This document shows positions 29,366 through 46,389 of a DNA stretch of 64,000 bases, in pieces (position 1 is the first letter of the stretch; each line of letters starts with the position of its first letter). Origin of the DNA: the human T2T-CHM13v2.0 reference genome, Homo sapiens; NCBI RefSeq assembly GCF_009914755.1, contig NC_060932.1; one strand, written 5' to 3'. The notes under the pieces were generated by a model. That model was not told the DNA's origin. It saw nothing but the letters and a program-made list of their open reading frames with translations, and did not search any database. The position numbers were made by a program, and so were the translations under genes.

Positions 29366-31384
29366 CTTTATCAGGCATGTACTTTCATGCTTAAAAGATT
29401 CAAGTTTTCTAACAATCTTTCATTTACTTACCTTTCTCTTTGTAATTCTCTAAAACATAGCACTGTCTTTCAGATAAAAAGGAAAAAACAAACTTAATTT
29501 GAATTTCTTTCTGGACTCTAACATAATTCAAAGTAATCTTTGCAACAAATATTTTTCAAATATAAAAATTTAACTCAACCTAGTGCTGACTGTTTCATAT
29601 ATAGCATTTACATCAATATCATGACTCATGGTTATAGTGCATTTGAGCTACTCTTGTCATTGATTGACTAGGTTTCCTAGAACTTATAAAAGCTCACTTA
29701 TATGAATAGTCTTTATGACATTAATCAATCAAGAAAGCACTCAGAATAGCCCACTTTTTATAAGAAAAGAATATGTAATACGTTTATGTAAAGTTTTTTA
29801 AAGATCTAACAAAAAGATATATATCTGAAATATGAGTGATAAATTCAGATTTAATTCAGATGAAAATGTTAATTTAAAAGTATAATTTTATTTAAAATTA
29901 TGTATAATCCCCAAAACTTCCTCTTGTCAGTGAAAAGATGCATATACAATAAAACATTTATATCCACCCCCTTCTCCCTAATGGTTGTCTGGCTCAAGGT
30001 TTGTCAGCCATGTTCAGCTGAGCTGTATCTGTGCACTTTCTGAACCTCTAAAGCTGAATAAAATATTTGCAGACACGGCTCAGACCTGATAGAAACAAGG
30101 TCAAATAACTGGAACATTAAATTTATCCTCATAATATTACACTTGTCACTGACCTAACATTTTGATAAGATCCTCAGGAAATATACGGTCATGTCTTCTT
30201 GTATCTGTAGAATATTTGTGTAATTGCTGCAACAACAGAATAAAGTTTGAAACCTAGAGTACATGTGAAAAGTGTGGAAGATACACCAGCTTAAGACTAA
30301 GTGGTATTTACTGCTGGAATTTAAACATGTTGGTGACTGACTTCCAGGAACCAATTTCCTTTAAAGTTCTGTTAGACACTGGGGAGCAAGGCAGTGCTTT
30401 GATGTACATGAGACATTGTTGTATAAAAAAGAACAAGAACATCCTTCCAGCTTTTGTGGGTAATAAAGCATAGCTTCCATCAGATGTGTAGTTCAAGAAC
30501 AGCGGGTCCACTGGCACAAAGAAGGTTTCAAGGCATTAGCTGTGGTTGAGGAAGCATTGATAATGCCCAGCCTTGGGAACGTCAGCTAGTGGCCAAGATT
30601 TTAGCAGTGATGTCCTATATATGCTGCTTTGGGATAAGTGGCTAAAAGAGGCCTCAGCAGTACATAGGAGTTGAAGAAGATGGGGGGAACCAAGTTCATC
30701 TGATGCTAAAACTAGTTTTTCTTAATTGCCATACTATAATGTTGGTTAGTTTGCTCAAAAGGGATCATACAAAACACTTGGCTCATTGTCAAGAAATTGA
30801 AAATTGATTACATCTTTCTAAAAGTACATGCTGACACCAGTAATAAAACTGGGAATAAAGGCTTAACGTATAGATATGAAGAACTTGATAATCACCCACT
30901 GGTAACTTCTATAATAATCTTCAATTTTTAAATAGATAAATGGCAATAAATGATATCTTGCATCTCACAGTATGCATTTATTTTATTGGACTTTTCCTGT
31001 GGCAGGACCATTAGTCTTCAAAAATGTTTAAAGTAGTACATAAAGTGACCACATGGTGTCAGGAGCGACATACTGTTCTTACTAAGGAACCAGCTTTTCA
31101 ATCTGGGAAACACAACGATATTTTAAAAATGATTTGCCTTACTAATTTTCTCCAATTTTGATGCTTCAATTAATCAACATTTTAATACAATTTCCAACAA
31201 TTTGGCTCAAGATGTTTATAATTAAAGCCGTTCTGATTTTATTAAGATGACCAATAAATTTCTGTTGCAATTTAATTTTAAAGTTGTGTTGATCTTTTAT
31301 TGGAGTCTAGCTGTACTAAGTAACCACTCTAGAGATACCCGAGCGTATTTTCTCCTCTTCACTATTATAGGGCTAACCTATAAG

Positions 31385-31600
31385 GAGCAGGGTATAGTAG
31401 AAAGAGAACTAGTTTGGAGTTAAGCACCCTGCCTTAATAGTCCAGCTATTTTCTACATCTATAATCTTAATTATGTAACTCGAGTTTCTGTCTTCTCATT
31501 TGCAAAAATTTCTGACTACTGTCCTAGTATATAGGTATAGGGGGATTTGCTGTGATTGGAATTTATTTAGTGATTCATGTAACAGCTCATTAGTGATGGA
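31385..31600 (+). mobile_element. MIR (degenerate)
   Basis: GTATAGTAGAAAGAGAACTAGTTTGGAGT...TTCTCATTTGCAAAA. Confidence 0.55.
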
Positions 31601-31640
31601 TTGAGCCAAGCTTGCCCTTTGATTTCTGACTAGGACAGTC

Positions 31641-31790
31641 TGCCCAGTTAAATTTGAATTTTGGATAGATCATGAGTTTTTGTTAACATAAGTATGTCCC
31701 AATTATTGCATGGGACATACTTATACTAAAAGATTCTTTGCTCTTTATCTGAAATTCAAATTTAATTGGATGTATTGTACCTGGCAACCA
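31641..31790 (-). mobile_element. MER53 palindromic MITE
   Basis: CCCAGTTAAATTTGAATTT...ATAAGTATGTCCCA/TGGGACATACTTAT...AAATTCAAATTTAATTGG...CTGGCAACC; left TIR missing. Confidence 0.92.
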
Positions 31791-32129
31791 TACTTAAACA
31801 TTATATTAATTGTGTTTATATGTTAGTAAGAAATAACTATAGTGGAGTGTATCTGGCTCTTCCTAGAAGCTCCTCTAGCACCTAAGAAGAGGTATATTCA
31901 TTCACATCAAACAAAGTTACAGGAGATTTTTCCGCCAACAGATTAAGTATCTGGGCAAAGCAAATATGAAATAATAAAAACCTCTTTTATGAGGTTTTAC
32001 AACAACATTGAGGGAAAACATCATAAGACATAAATGAAAAATCTAGAGAATTTTTCTCTCTTGGCTTATGATCAATAAAGAGAATGTTAAAGCTACCAAA
32101 GAAGTATAGCAATAGAATTAATAGGATTG

Positions 32130-33130
32130 GCTGTTGCCACTAATGTAATGAAGGGTAGGGAAATAGAAGAAAAGTTTGGAATGGTTCTCAAATTTCTGAT
32201 TTGGCTGGACAAATAGTACCAAGAACAAGAAGAGAAAGGGGCTGATTTTGAAGGAAATATTGAATTCCAGTTTTAAAATGTCAACGTTGAGAGACGTCCT
32301 TTGGTGAACATAAGCATATGGAGCCCCGATGAGAATCTACGTTAGAGATATAATTGGCAATTGAAGCTGTAGAAATGGGAATAATCATGGAGGTAGAATG
32401 ATAGACAATGAATAGCAATGGGCCAGTGACAAAGACCGAGGGAACACATACATTTAAGGGGAAGAAAAAGGAAAAAGAGCACAAAAAGTAGATCAGAAAG
32501 AAAACATAGACAGAAAACTAAGAGAAATAGTGTCATGAGAGAAAGAGATAAGAGCTTTACAAAGGTGTTCAATGGTGCCAAATCCTGATGAGGTCAAAAA
32601 GATGTAACAAAAAAGAAGGTCATTGAATTTGACAAATGAGATGCCATTGAGGATGTGTGCCAAAGTATTTTTATTGAAGCAGTGGGAGCCAAAGCCAGAT
32701 TGTGGGGAATTGGTGAGTCACAAAAGTAAAGAAGTAGAATAGTGAATGGAAGTCAATCTGTAAAGCAGGTTGGCTGTGGGTTGGAGGAGGCATGGCAGTA
32801 CTTAAAAGAGACATAGGAATGAAGGAGGGCTTCCTGTTCTATTTTAAAGGGAACATGGAATTGTGGCCTTTTTTTCTTTAATGGTAGATATTTGATCAAT
32901 CTTATGTGTTGATAAAGTCGAAGTTGAAAGTGCAGAAGAGAGGATAGACCACCAACAGTGGTCACAGTACTGAAAGTAAAAGAAGGGGTGGGGGACAAAA
33001 GCACAGAGTGGGGAGGTTTTAGTCTCAAGATAGAGGTTCCATGTTTCTTGAACTGTGACTAAAAAGAAGCAGATGAAAGTCAGCAAACAGTACAAGTGAA
33101 AGGGAGGTCGGAAGAGACAGGAAGAGAGAA
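32130..33130 (-). mobile_element. L2 internal (ORF2 region) fragment
   Basis: Purine-rich antisense L2 motifs: GAGGGAACACATACATTTAAGGG, CATTGAATTTGACAA, GAGCCAAAGCCAGATTG. Confidence 0.7.
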
Positions 33131-33788
33131 GTAACTTGGAGAAACTAATCAGGTCGCCCTTTTCAGACTCAAACATAAATGAAGACATGTTATCAGGAAA
33201 AGATAGTCATGTTAGGAAATCTTTACTGAAATCTAAAGACAGGGTAGGTCAACCAGAAAGACTCAAGAGGGTGAGAGATACAGAAACAGGCCATGCCCAT
33301 TCACAGGCCAAGGGAGAGAGTGCTCAGTTAAGTCTACCTGGCAGATATATCACTAGTGAAGTACAATACATGAGATACTAGAGTCTTTAAACATTCCAAT
33401 ATTTTTATGAATTTCCCTCATTCTTATTTTATTCTAAGAACCGTTTTTGAATACCATTTTCCTGGTATAGATGTTTATTCCATCTTCAATTAACTTTCTC
33501 TTTTCGAATGAGTCAATAGGCATTCTGATTTTAGTAGTTTAGTCATTTATAAATTAGTGTGAGTCAAGTTTCTTATGCTAAATTAACAACAACAGCGTGA
33601 GCGGATCTGAATTTTTGACATGCATATCTGACAGCTAGATGCTTGATTATGGTGAATACATTCATCTTGTGAGGCTTCCTAACAATCGGTGCAGCTCTGC
33701 TGGAGACATTCTAATCCAGGTGCATAACTTTCCTTCTTCCAATTCTGTTTGGAATATGGCTTTTAACTCATATATATATGAATCATAT

Positions 33789-33949
33789 ATAACTCTTCCT
33801 CTGTGTGGTGTGGCCAGTCTTGCATCAATTAAACTCTTTCTTTACTGTAATGCTATGGTCTGAGTAAAATGATTTTGTCTGCGCAGCAGGTAGGAAGAAC
33901 CCGATGAGTGATTACGTTAGTGTTAGCTCCACACTTCCCATTATCACAG
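33789..33949 (+). repeat. Local duplicate of LTR8 3' end plus flank (copy of 34968-35126)
   Basis: Manual alignment: 11 mismatches over the 139-nt core, including 33 nt beyond the LTR end. Confidence 0.95.
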
Positions 33950-34105
33950 TGTTATAATATAGTAGAGGGTATATATATCCACATAGATATGTATATTTAG
34001 TATATATAGTATAATATATAGTATATACTATATAGAGTATATAATATATAGTATATATAATATATACTACATGTATATAATATATAGTGTATAATATATA
34101 TATAG
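33950..34105. repeat. (TA)-rich tract
   Basis: Seen directly. Confidence 0.9.
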
Positions 34106-34353
34106 TAGAGGATAATGGTTAAGTGCATAAGCTTTGAAACCAGACAAACTGAATTAGAATCCAAGCTCTTCTACTTAAGCTGTATAATCTCAAGCAAGTT
34201 AATGCACTTCGTGCCTCAATCTCCTTATCTTAAAAATGGATATAATGCCGATACTACCTATTAATCTTTTGTTTTTGAAATAAATTAATTAATGTGTGTA
34301 AAGCTCTTAGTACAATTTATGGCACATGGCATATACTTAGATAGTGTTAACTA
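34105..34353 (+). mobile_element. MIR, near full length
   Basis: ATAATGGTTAAGTGCA...GTGCCTCAATCTCCTTATCT...TGTGTAAAGCTCTTAGTACA. Confidence 0.8.
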
Positions 34354-34357
34354 CTAG

Positions 34358-35093
34358 TGAAACAGCCCTTGCAAAATTATGATAATAAGAGAAGTCTGAC
34401 ATAGTTGACTCCATCTTGCTTTTAACCTCCAAGCTATCCTTGATCATTCCCACCATACGCCAAACTAACTTTGGGAGAAATTTACTTTGTAGGCTAGACT
34501 TAAAGCAAGAATGATAATAGCCCTTCCCAAAACTAAACAACCTTTATAAAATTTATGAAATTCCATAGGTTCGAATTTTGAGAGGGGCCTGGTTTCTGCT
34601 AAGATGTAAGTATAGTTCAACAATTATCAGCCTTTGTTCTGGAGGTCATGAGATTTGTAACTTCCTCATTAGCCCTGTAGATAACATCACTATTGTAGAA
34701 CTTAAGATTAGCCCTTTGAGATTTCTTTTCAGACTTTTGCACTTCTGACCACCACTGACTCCATCTGGACTCTTGACTCATGAATCAACCAGTCCTGTGG
34801 TCCCCACCCCCCACCCAGAGGTGGACTCAGTACACAAGGACCATGTTCCACTCTCCTGTGACGGCTTCTCCAACCAATCAGCAGCACCTATTTCCTAGTC
34901 CCCTGCTCACCAAACTGTCCTTGAAAACCCCTAACCTCCAAGTTTTTAGGGCAACTGATTTTAGTAATAACTCTCTTCCGTATGGCATGGCCAGTCTTGC
35001 ATCAATTAAACTCTTTCTTTACTGCAATGCTGTGGTCTCAGTAAAATGATTTTGTCTGTGGGGCAGGTAGGAAGAACCTGATGGATGATTACA
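34358..35093 (+). mobile_element. LTR8A/LTR8B-type ERV1 solo LTR, full length
   Basis: TGAAACAGCCCTTGCAAAATTATGA...GACTCCATCTTGC...CCAATCAGCAGCAC...ATTAAACTCTTTC...GATTACA; 736 bp; TSD CTAG/TTAG. Confidence 0.9.
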
Positions 35094-35169
35094 TTAGTGT
35101 TAGTTCCACACTTCCCATTATCACAGCCATGATAAACTGTGTCCTAAATTATATGTATTATCTTTTTTC

Positions 35170-35340
35170 CATTTTTTAACAAATATTTATTGAGTACCTT
35201 TTTTTGGTGCTTAACCTCATAGTGCTGGATATAAGGGAAACAATGGTGAATAACACAGAAAAAGGCCCTTGCCCCAACACATTTACTACCTGATAGGATA
35301 GAAGGTTGTAAGTAAATAATCAAACACAATAATATATGGT
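35170..35340 (-). mobile_element. L2 3' end
   Basis: AACAAATATTTATTGAGTACC. Confidence 0.65.
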
Positions 35341-35519
35341 GCCTGTGCCTTAATGCCATAACAAGCAGCCCACTCAAATAAGAAAACCACATTTTATGAG
35401 TTCCATCCTCTCCCTCATCATCTGTACCCAAATCACTCAATTGTTTTAATTGTGAATGTAGACGAATGTGACTTAGCATTTTGTTTAGATTTGAATCTCT
35501 GAGGTATTTTTTATTAACC

Positions 35520-35900
35520 TGTAGTGTCATTAGGCAGCCAGGATCTTTTCATGTTTTTATCTGCAATCTGCAATGTGTAGACTTTTACCCTTATCCCTAT
35601 TGCTTCATGGTCACAAGATGGATGCTGCATCTCCAGGTCACATGTCTAGAGTCTGGGAAAAAAGAAAGAAAGAGAAAGGGATGAAAGTTTAAGTGGGCTT
35701 TGTTCTTGTGAACAAGAAAGGAAAGTCTTCCACAGCAACTCTATCTGTATTTCTTTGGCCAGTATACTACCACATGATTGCCTGCAGTTAGAAGGAGGCT
35801 GAAATATTAACCATGTAACTAACAGTCATGCTGCTGTCTTAAATAAAAAGGGATTCTATTAGGAAGACAGAAGTTTGTGAAAATGTCATGAGGTGACTAG
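35520..35900 (-). mobile_element. MLT1K-type LTR fragment
   Basis: CTTCATGGTCACAAGATGGATGCTGCATCTCCAGG. Confidence 0.65.
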
Positions 35901-36810
35901 CAATTAATTAGAAAAATTAAAATTGCCTTTTATGTTAATTTTTTGGTAAACACTGAATCTTTAAAAGTAATTAACATCGTTGTGTTAAAACTGAAATTTC
36001 CACAAAAAACAAAAATTAGGGAAATGGGATATTTTAACTAAAAAAGTTTACATTATAACTAAATTAGTTAAAACCTTATAATGCTGTAATTTTCTGAATT
36101 CTTATCTTTTTATATAAAGTTTTAAAGTTTTGTTTTTTCGAGTTTCTATTGGAGACCATGTAAATCTCATACCAGTACTTTAACAAATTGGTCTTTATAA
36201 AATCCACACAATATTCTGACCACCAAGCTAATGGGACAGACTTGAGTGACTACACATTACAAAATTAGTTTTTAAAGCCACTAAACAGATAACTACAACC
36301 CACAACAAGAACCAACAGCAAGCTCCGGGGAAGGGAAATAATCTGTATTTCAGAAGTACTAGATATAATAATCAGAATGCCAGTTTTTAACAAAGAATTA
36401 TAAGGCATGCAAGAAGAAATGGTAGCATGGCAAACTCAAAGGGAAAAAAATTAATTGACAGGAATCCCAGACATCGGAATTACTAGACAAATAGTTACAT
36501 CAAGTGTCTTAACTATGCTTAAATAGCTAAAGGATAACATAGACAAAGAAAGAAAATTGAGAGAATGATGCATGAGCAAAAGTACAATAACTGAAAATCA
36601 AAAAGTCACTGGAGGGGTTCTATAGCAAATTTGAGCAGGCAGAAGAAAGAATAACAAAACATAAATATAGGTCAGTTGAAATTATGCAGTTTGAGGAACA
36701 GAAAAAAGAATGAAGAAAATGAACAGAGCCTAAGAAATCATGGAACAACATTAAACATAACAACATATGCATAGAGAAAGTCACAGAGGCAAAGAGGGAG
36801 AAAGAGGCAT

Positions 36811-37951
36811 GTTATAGTTTGGATATTTGTTCCCTGAAACTCCACGTTAAAATTTGGTACCCAATTTTGAAGGCGAGGCTTAATTGGAAGTGCTTGGGTC
36901 ATGGGGGCAGTTTCCTCATTAATGACTTAGTGCAGTCTTCATGCTCATGAGTAAGTTTTCACTCTATCAGTTCCTGTGAGAGCTGATTGTTAAAAAATAG
37001 CCTGGTACCTCCTCTGTCTCTCTCTTGCTTCCTTTCTGACACAGTCTGGATACTTGTCCCCACCCAGTTCTCATACTGAAATGTAATTCACAATGTTGGA
37101 GGTGGGCCCTTGTGGGAGGTGATTAGATCATGGGGGTGGTTTATAATGGTTTAGCACCATTCCCTGAGTGGGGTCTCATGATAGAGTTATCACGAGATCT
37201 GTTTGTTTGAAGATGTGTGGTACCTCCTCCTCACTCTGTCTCCCTCCTGCTCTGCCATGTGAGGATGGTGCTTGCTTCCCCTTCACTTTCTGCCATGATT
37301 GTGTTTCCTGAGTCCTCCCAGAATGACTCCTGTACAGCTTGTGTGGCTGTGAGTCAATTAAACCGCTTTTATTCATAAATTACCCAGTCTCAGGTAGTTG
37401 TTTATAGCAGTGTGAGAACAGACTAATTCAAATGGTTTGTCACCATTCCCTTGGTGGTGTCCTTATGATAGTGAGTGAATTCTTGCAAAAAATGGTTGTT
37501 TAAAAGTGTATGGCACCTCCCCTCTCTCACTCTCTCTCTCTTGCTCCCATTCTCACCATGTGAGATGCCTGCTCCCCCTTCATGTTCTGCCATGAATGTA
37601 AGCTTCCTGGGGCCTCCTGAGAAGCTGAGCAAATGCCAGTACTATACTTCCTGTAAAGCTTGCAGAACAATAAGCCAATTAAATCTCTTTCCTTTGTAAA
37701 TTATCCAGTCTCAAGTATTTCTTTATAGCAATGTAGAAATGGCCTAATACACTTTCTCACCATGTCATCTCTACACACACCATCTCCACTCCACTTTCCA
37801 CTATGAGTGGAAGCAGTGTGAGGCCCTCACCAGAAGCAGATGCTGGTAACATGCTTCTTGTACAGCCTGGAGAATTGTGAGCCAAATAAACCTCTTTTCT
37901 TCATAAATTACCCTACCTCGGGTATTCTTTTATAGCAAATGGACTAAGATG
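36811..37951 (+). mobile_element. MSTB1/B2-type LTR (outer element of nest)
   Basis: TGTTATAGTTTGGATATTTG start; resumes at 37752 and ends GGACTAAGATG. Confidence 0.85.
37037..37751 (+). mobile_element. Composite MSTA/MSTB LTR block inserted in the outer MST
   Basis: Flanked by 5-bp TSD CTTTC (37032-37036, 37752-37756); one 5' end but two 3' ends (37430 and 37751). Confidence 0.85.
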
Positions 37952-38071
37952 GGGACAGAAAATATATTTGAAGAAACCAATGGCTAAAAATACCAACATT
38001 TAATGAAAGACATGAATCTACATATTCAAGAAGCTCAACAAATTCCAAATAGGATAAACTCAAAGATAACC

Positions 38072-38414
38072 AAACTTAGTCCATTTAGGCTGCTAACACA
38101 ATTTACCATAAACTGGATGGTTTATATACAAGAGATACTTATTTGCAGTTCTAGAGATGGGGGAGTTCAACCAAGATTGTCTGATAAGGGCTTGCTCTCT
38201 GGTTCATAGATGGTGCCTTCTTGTTGCATCCTCACAAGGTAGAAAAGGACAAATAAAGTCCTTTTGTCCTATTTTATAAGAGCACTAATCCCATTCATGA
38301 GGGCTCCACTTTCATATCCTAAGCACCTCCCAAAAGTCCCACCATTTAATACCATCACACTGAGGATCAGGTTTTAACACATAAATTTTGGGGGCAAACA
38401 ATTAGACCATAGCA
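38072..38414 (-). mobile_element. MLT1A0-type MaLR LTR
   Basis: CTTAGTCCATTTAGGCTGCTA...CACTAATCCCATTCATGAGGGCTCC...AGACCATAGCA. Confidence 0.88.
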
Positions 38415-38734
38415 CACACCAACATACATTATAATTAAACTGTCCAAAGCCAAAAGCAGATAAAATCTTGAAAGCAGAAAGAGAGAATGACTTTTCATGC
38501 ACAAGGGATCCTCAATAAGATAAATACTAATTTCTCTTCAGAAACCATGGAGATCAAAAGATGATAAGATGACATATTTAAAATGTCAAAAGAAAAATAA
38601 AACTGCCAATGAAGAAATCTATATCCAGAAAAACTGTCCCTCAAAATTGAAGGAGAAATAAAGACATTTCCAGGTGAAAAAAAGCTGAGAGATTTCACTG
38701 TTAGTAGAACTGCCCTACAATAAATTATAAAGGT

Positions 38735-41516
<2,782 letters not shown>

Positions 41517-42189
41517 CCCTCAAAATGTATAAAGAAAAATTTGACAGAATGGAAGGCAAAAATAGACAATTCAACAACAAGAGCTGATACCCCAACACTC
41601 CACTTTTAATAATGGGTAAAACAACTAGACAGAAGATAAATAAGAAAACAGAGGACCTGAACAACATAGTAAACCAAGTAGATCTAATAGACATATATAG
41701 AATAATCCACCCAATAACAGCAGAATACTCATTCTCATCAAGTACACACGGAAGATTCTCCAGGACAGACCATATGTTAGCCCACAAAACAAGTCTCAAC
41801 AAATTTTAAAATATTGAAATTATACAAAGTATCTTCTCAGAAAAAAACAGAATGAAATGAGAAAACAGTAACAAAAGGAAAACTAGAACATTTACAAATA
41901 TGTGGAAAATAACACTTTTGGCAACTAATGAGTAAAAGAAGAAATAAGGGAAATTAGAAGACACTTAGAGATTAATGAAAACTAAAACACAACAAACCAA
42001 AATTTATAGGATGCAGCAAAAGCTGTGCTCAAAAGAAAATTTATAAACATATGCATTAAAAAATAAAGATCTCAAATCAAAACTTAACTTTCCACTTTAG
42101 GGAACTAGAAAAAAAAGGCAAACTAGGTTTAAATCTAGTAGAGGAAGGAAATAATGAAGATTAGAGTGGAGATATAAAACAATGTAAAA

Positions 42190-42190
<1 letters not shown>
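41517..42190 (+). mobile_element. L1M ORF2 endonuclease-region fragment
   Basis: ORF track RQKINKKTEDLNNIVNQVDLIDIYRIIHPITAEYSFSSSTHGRFSRTDHMLAHKTSLNKF, the L1 EN C-terminal motif. Confidence 0.9.
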
Positions 42191-43990
<1,800 letters not shown>

Positions 43991-44089
43991 TATCAGGACA
44001 GGTGTACATCATTTCTCAAATCCTATTGGTAAGAATTTAGTCACACACTCCAAAGGAAAATATGGAGAATTGTCTGGATGTTTGGCAAG

Positions 44090-44600
44090 CAATATTGTCT
44101 CTTCCATGCCTGCCTTCTGAAACTTGCTCCAATTCATCCTTTACATTTCCAGAGTAATTGAAATGTAAATATCATTTTATTACTCTAAAAATATTATCTG
44201 GTTTCCCCCAGTGGAATACAATCCAGATTCCTTAGTCTGTCATTTAAGGCCTTTCACATCCTGGACCCAAAGCCTTTTCAGTTTCAACTTCTGCTTCCTC
44301 CCCTGGTCACCTAGAAAATGACTTGTTCAGATTTTCTTGTTCATAATGTTTGTTTGTTTGTTTGTTTTTAACCTACAATGTCCTCCTTTGCCTTTCTGCA
44401 TGTTGAAATCTTGTATTTCTTTGCAAAACTGAAATGTTTTCTGCATAGTCTTTCTAATCCCCTTTATCAAGATTAATTGTTCTCACTCCTGGAAACTCAC
44501 AAGCACTTTGTTTATATTTCAAATGTAGCATTTATTCTAGTCTGACTTGTATAATCATCTCAGCCACCTCTCCATTATGCTACACTGTTCAAAGAAAGCT
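44090..44600 (+). mobile_element. L2 fragment
   Basis: CCAGAGTAATTGAAATGTAAATATCAT...CATTTAAGGCCTTTCACA. Confidence 0.6.
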
Positions 44601-46389
44601 TTGTGACATATTTCTACCTTTCACTGGAAAAACATCAGCTAAGAAGAATTTATTGCTCAGGACAACTTATTAAGCCAAGAATCACAGAAGTAAGGGAGAG
44701 AAACAATCAAGACTCTAGTAGTCTTGGAGGCATAAGCTAGATAAGTAAGGAAGTATAGTTACGGCGAAAGGAGTCTGATAACACCAAAATTATAAACTAC
44801 TGGGGGAATGTGTAGATTTAGACTCTATCTAAGACACTATTGGTAACCCATTTGACTTCCTGCAGTGTATAGGGAACAGTATACATAAATTCTCCTTGCA
44901 TTCACAGTCACATAGATTCTATTATTATATCAAGCCCCAAAATAGAAACCAAATCAAATACTGACTGGTATATCATTAATAAGAAAAGAAACTAGGCTTT
45001 GAAATGAGATACAGTTGTAAAACTTGTCTCAAGAAGTGGTAATTCTAGAAGAAAAAAAGAGAATGAGTGCTACTCAGGTAAAGTTTCCTCAAGACATCTA
45101 TCACCATTAAAAATATTTATTAAGTGCCTACTTGTGAGTTATGAACTGATGGCTCTTATACAGGCATTTAATAAAGAAGATGTGCATTTAATTTGGAATC
45201 ACAGCATTCATTGAATCTTTATAATTAACAAATTATTTCATAGATTTCAGTAGAATTCCAAAGTTATATAATAAAATTTATTATTTGAAAAAAACCGTAT
45301 TTTGTTGATTTCGCTATGGCAATCCAGTTCCTGAAATTAAACTGTACTAACCCTGTGAAAATAGCAAAATTTAAATGTAATGACATAAAATTCTTCCTTA
45401 GAACTTAGTTTGATTGTTTAGGTGAGGGATATTGCAAAATTGGAGTAAGAGAATCCAAAGGAAATGAAAGCTTTTGAAGGTTAAATTGCAAAGGTTTCAT
45501 CCTCTTAAATTACCTGGAAATATGTGAGCAAGAAAAACACACATTCCTTTCCTTCTGTGACATTCTTTTAGTTAATTAAATCCCCATATGTTGCTCACTT
45601 GAAAGTATAGGTGAGGATCTGATATTAAATTGCCCTTTCAGAAGAATAAAAATTCACCCTAACTCTTGGTTTCTCACATTCAGTGGGGCCATGAAGAATT
45701 TAATAACGAGTAGAAGTCAAATTGGGATGAGAAAGGATGTTTTGCTATTCAGTAAGTGATTTTTTATCTACTTTGGGCCTTGATAGAATAATAGAATCTG
45801 CCTGTGGGATCTCTGTATAATTTTATGCTCTGTACAATTGAGGAAAATAAACACTAAGGATACTATTGTTCTCTTAAATAGAGTCTAAACTACACAGTTC
45901 TAATAATTTATAACCTGGAGGTTATCATACTCAAACTTTTTTTATATCAAACTAGATCTACACTAGAATCTATGGGGTCTGGATAAAAGTAGAAAATATC
46001 TCTGGAGATATATTTGGAGGATAAAGCACATGGAAGGTAAAATACACATTATTGTGCAGATTCACTTCCAAAACGTGTATAGAAAACATCAATGGTTTAG
46101 GCAGATTCCTTGGCAAGGGGCTGCCTGATATTTCCTCCCAGTGAGCTAAGAACATTTAGATTCTTTAGCATAGGTTTTTAAAATGTACAAATATTTTATA
46201 GCCAATTTCAAAATTAGGACCCTGATCTCAGTAGAACTCTTAAAAATTAAATTTAAGCTTTATAGCTTAAATGTATATAAAGCTATTCTGCCCATAGCTT
46301 TAAATGACAGAAACAATGATTAAAATCAAATAGATGGCCAATTAAGTACTATTTCTATGGAGAATGAAACGCAAAGACTGCTTTTTAGG

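Larger units (their letters stand above)
36200..38732 (+). mobile_element. Old L1M (L1M4/MB-like) 5'/ORF1 region with nested LTRs
   Basis: Degenerate ORF1 peptides: MKDMNLHIQEAQQIPNRINSK; TTCTCTTCAGAAACCATGGAG; GAAGGAGAAATAAAGACATTTCCAG. Confidence 0.85.

Noticed and set aside
32050-32077. U2 snRNA 5' fragment (TTGGCTTATGATCAA) between AGAGAAT repeats
   Set aside because: Match is too short and gapped to distinguish from chance.
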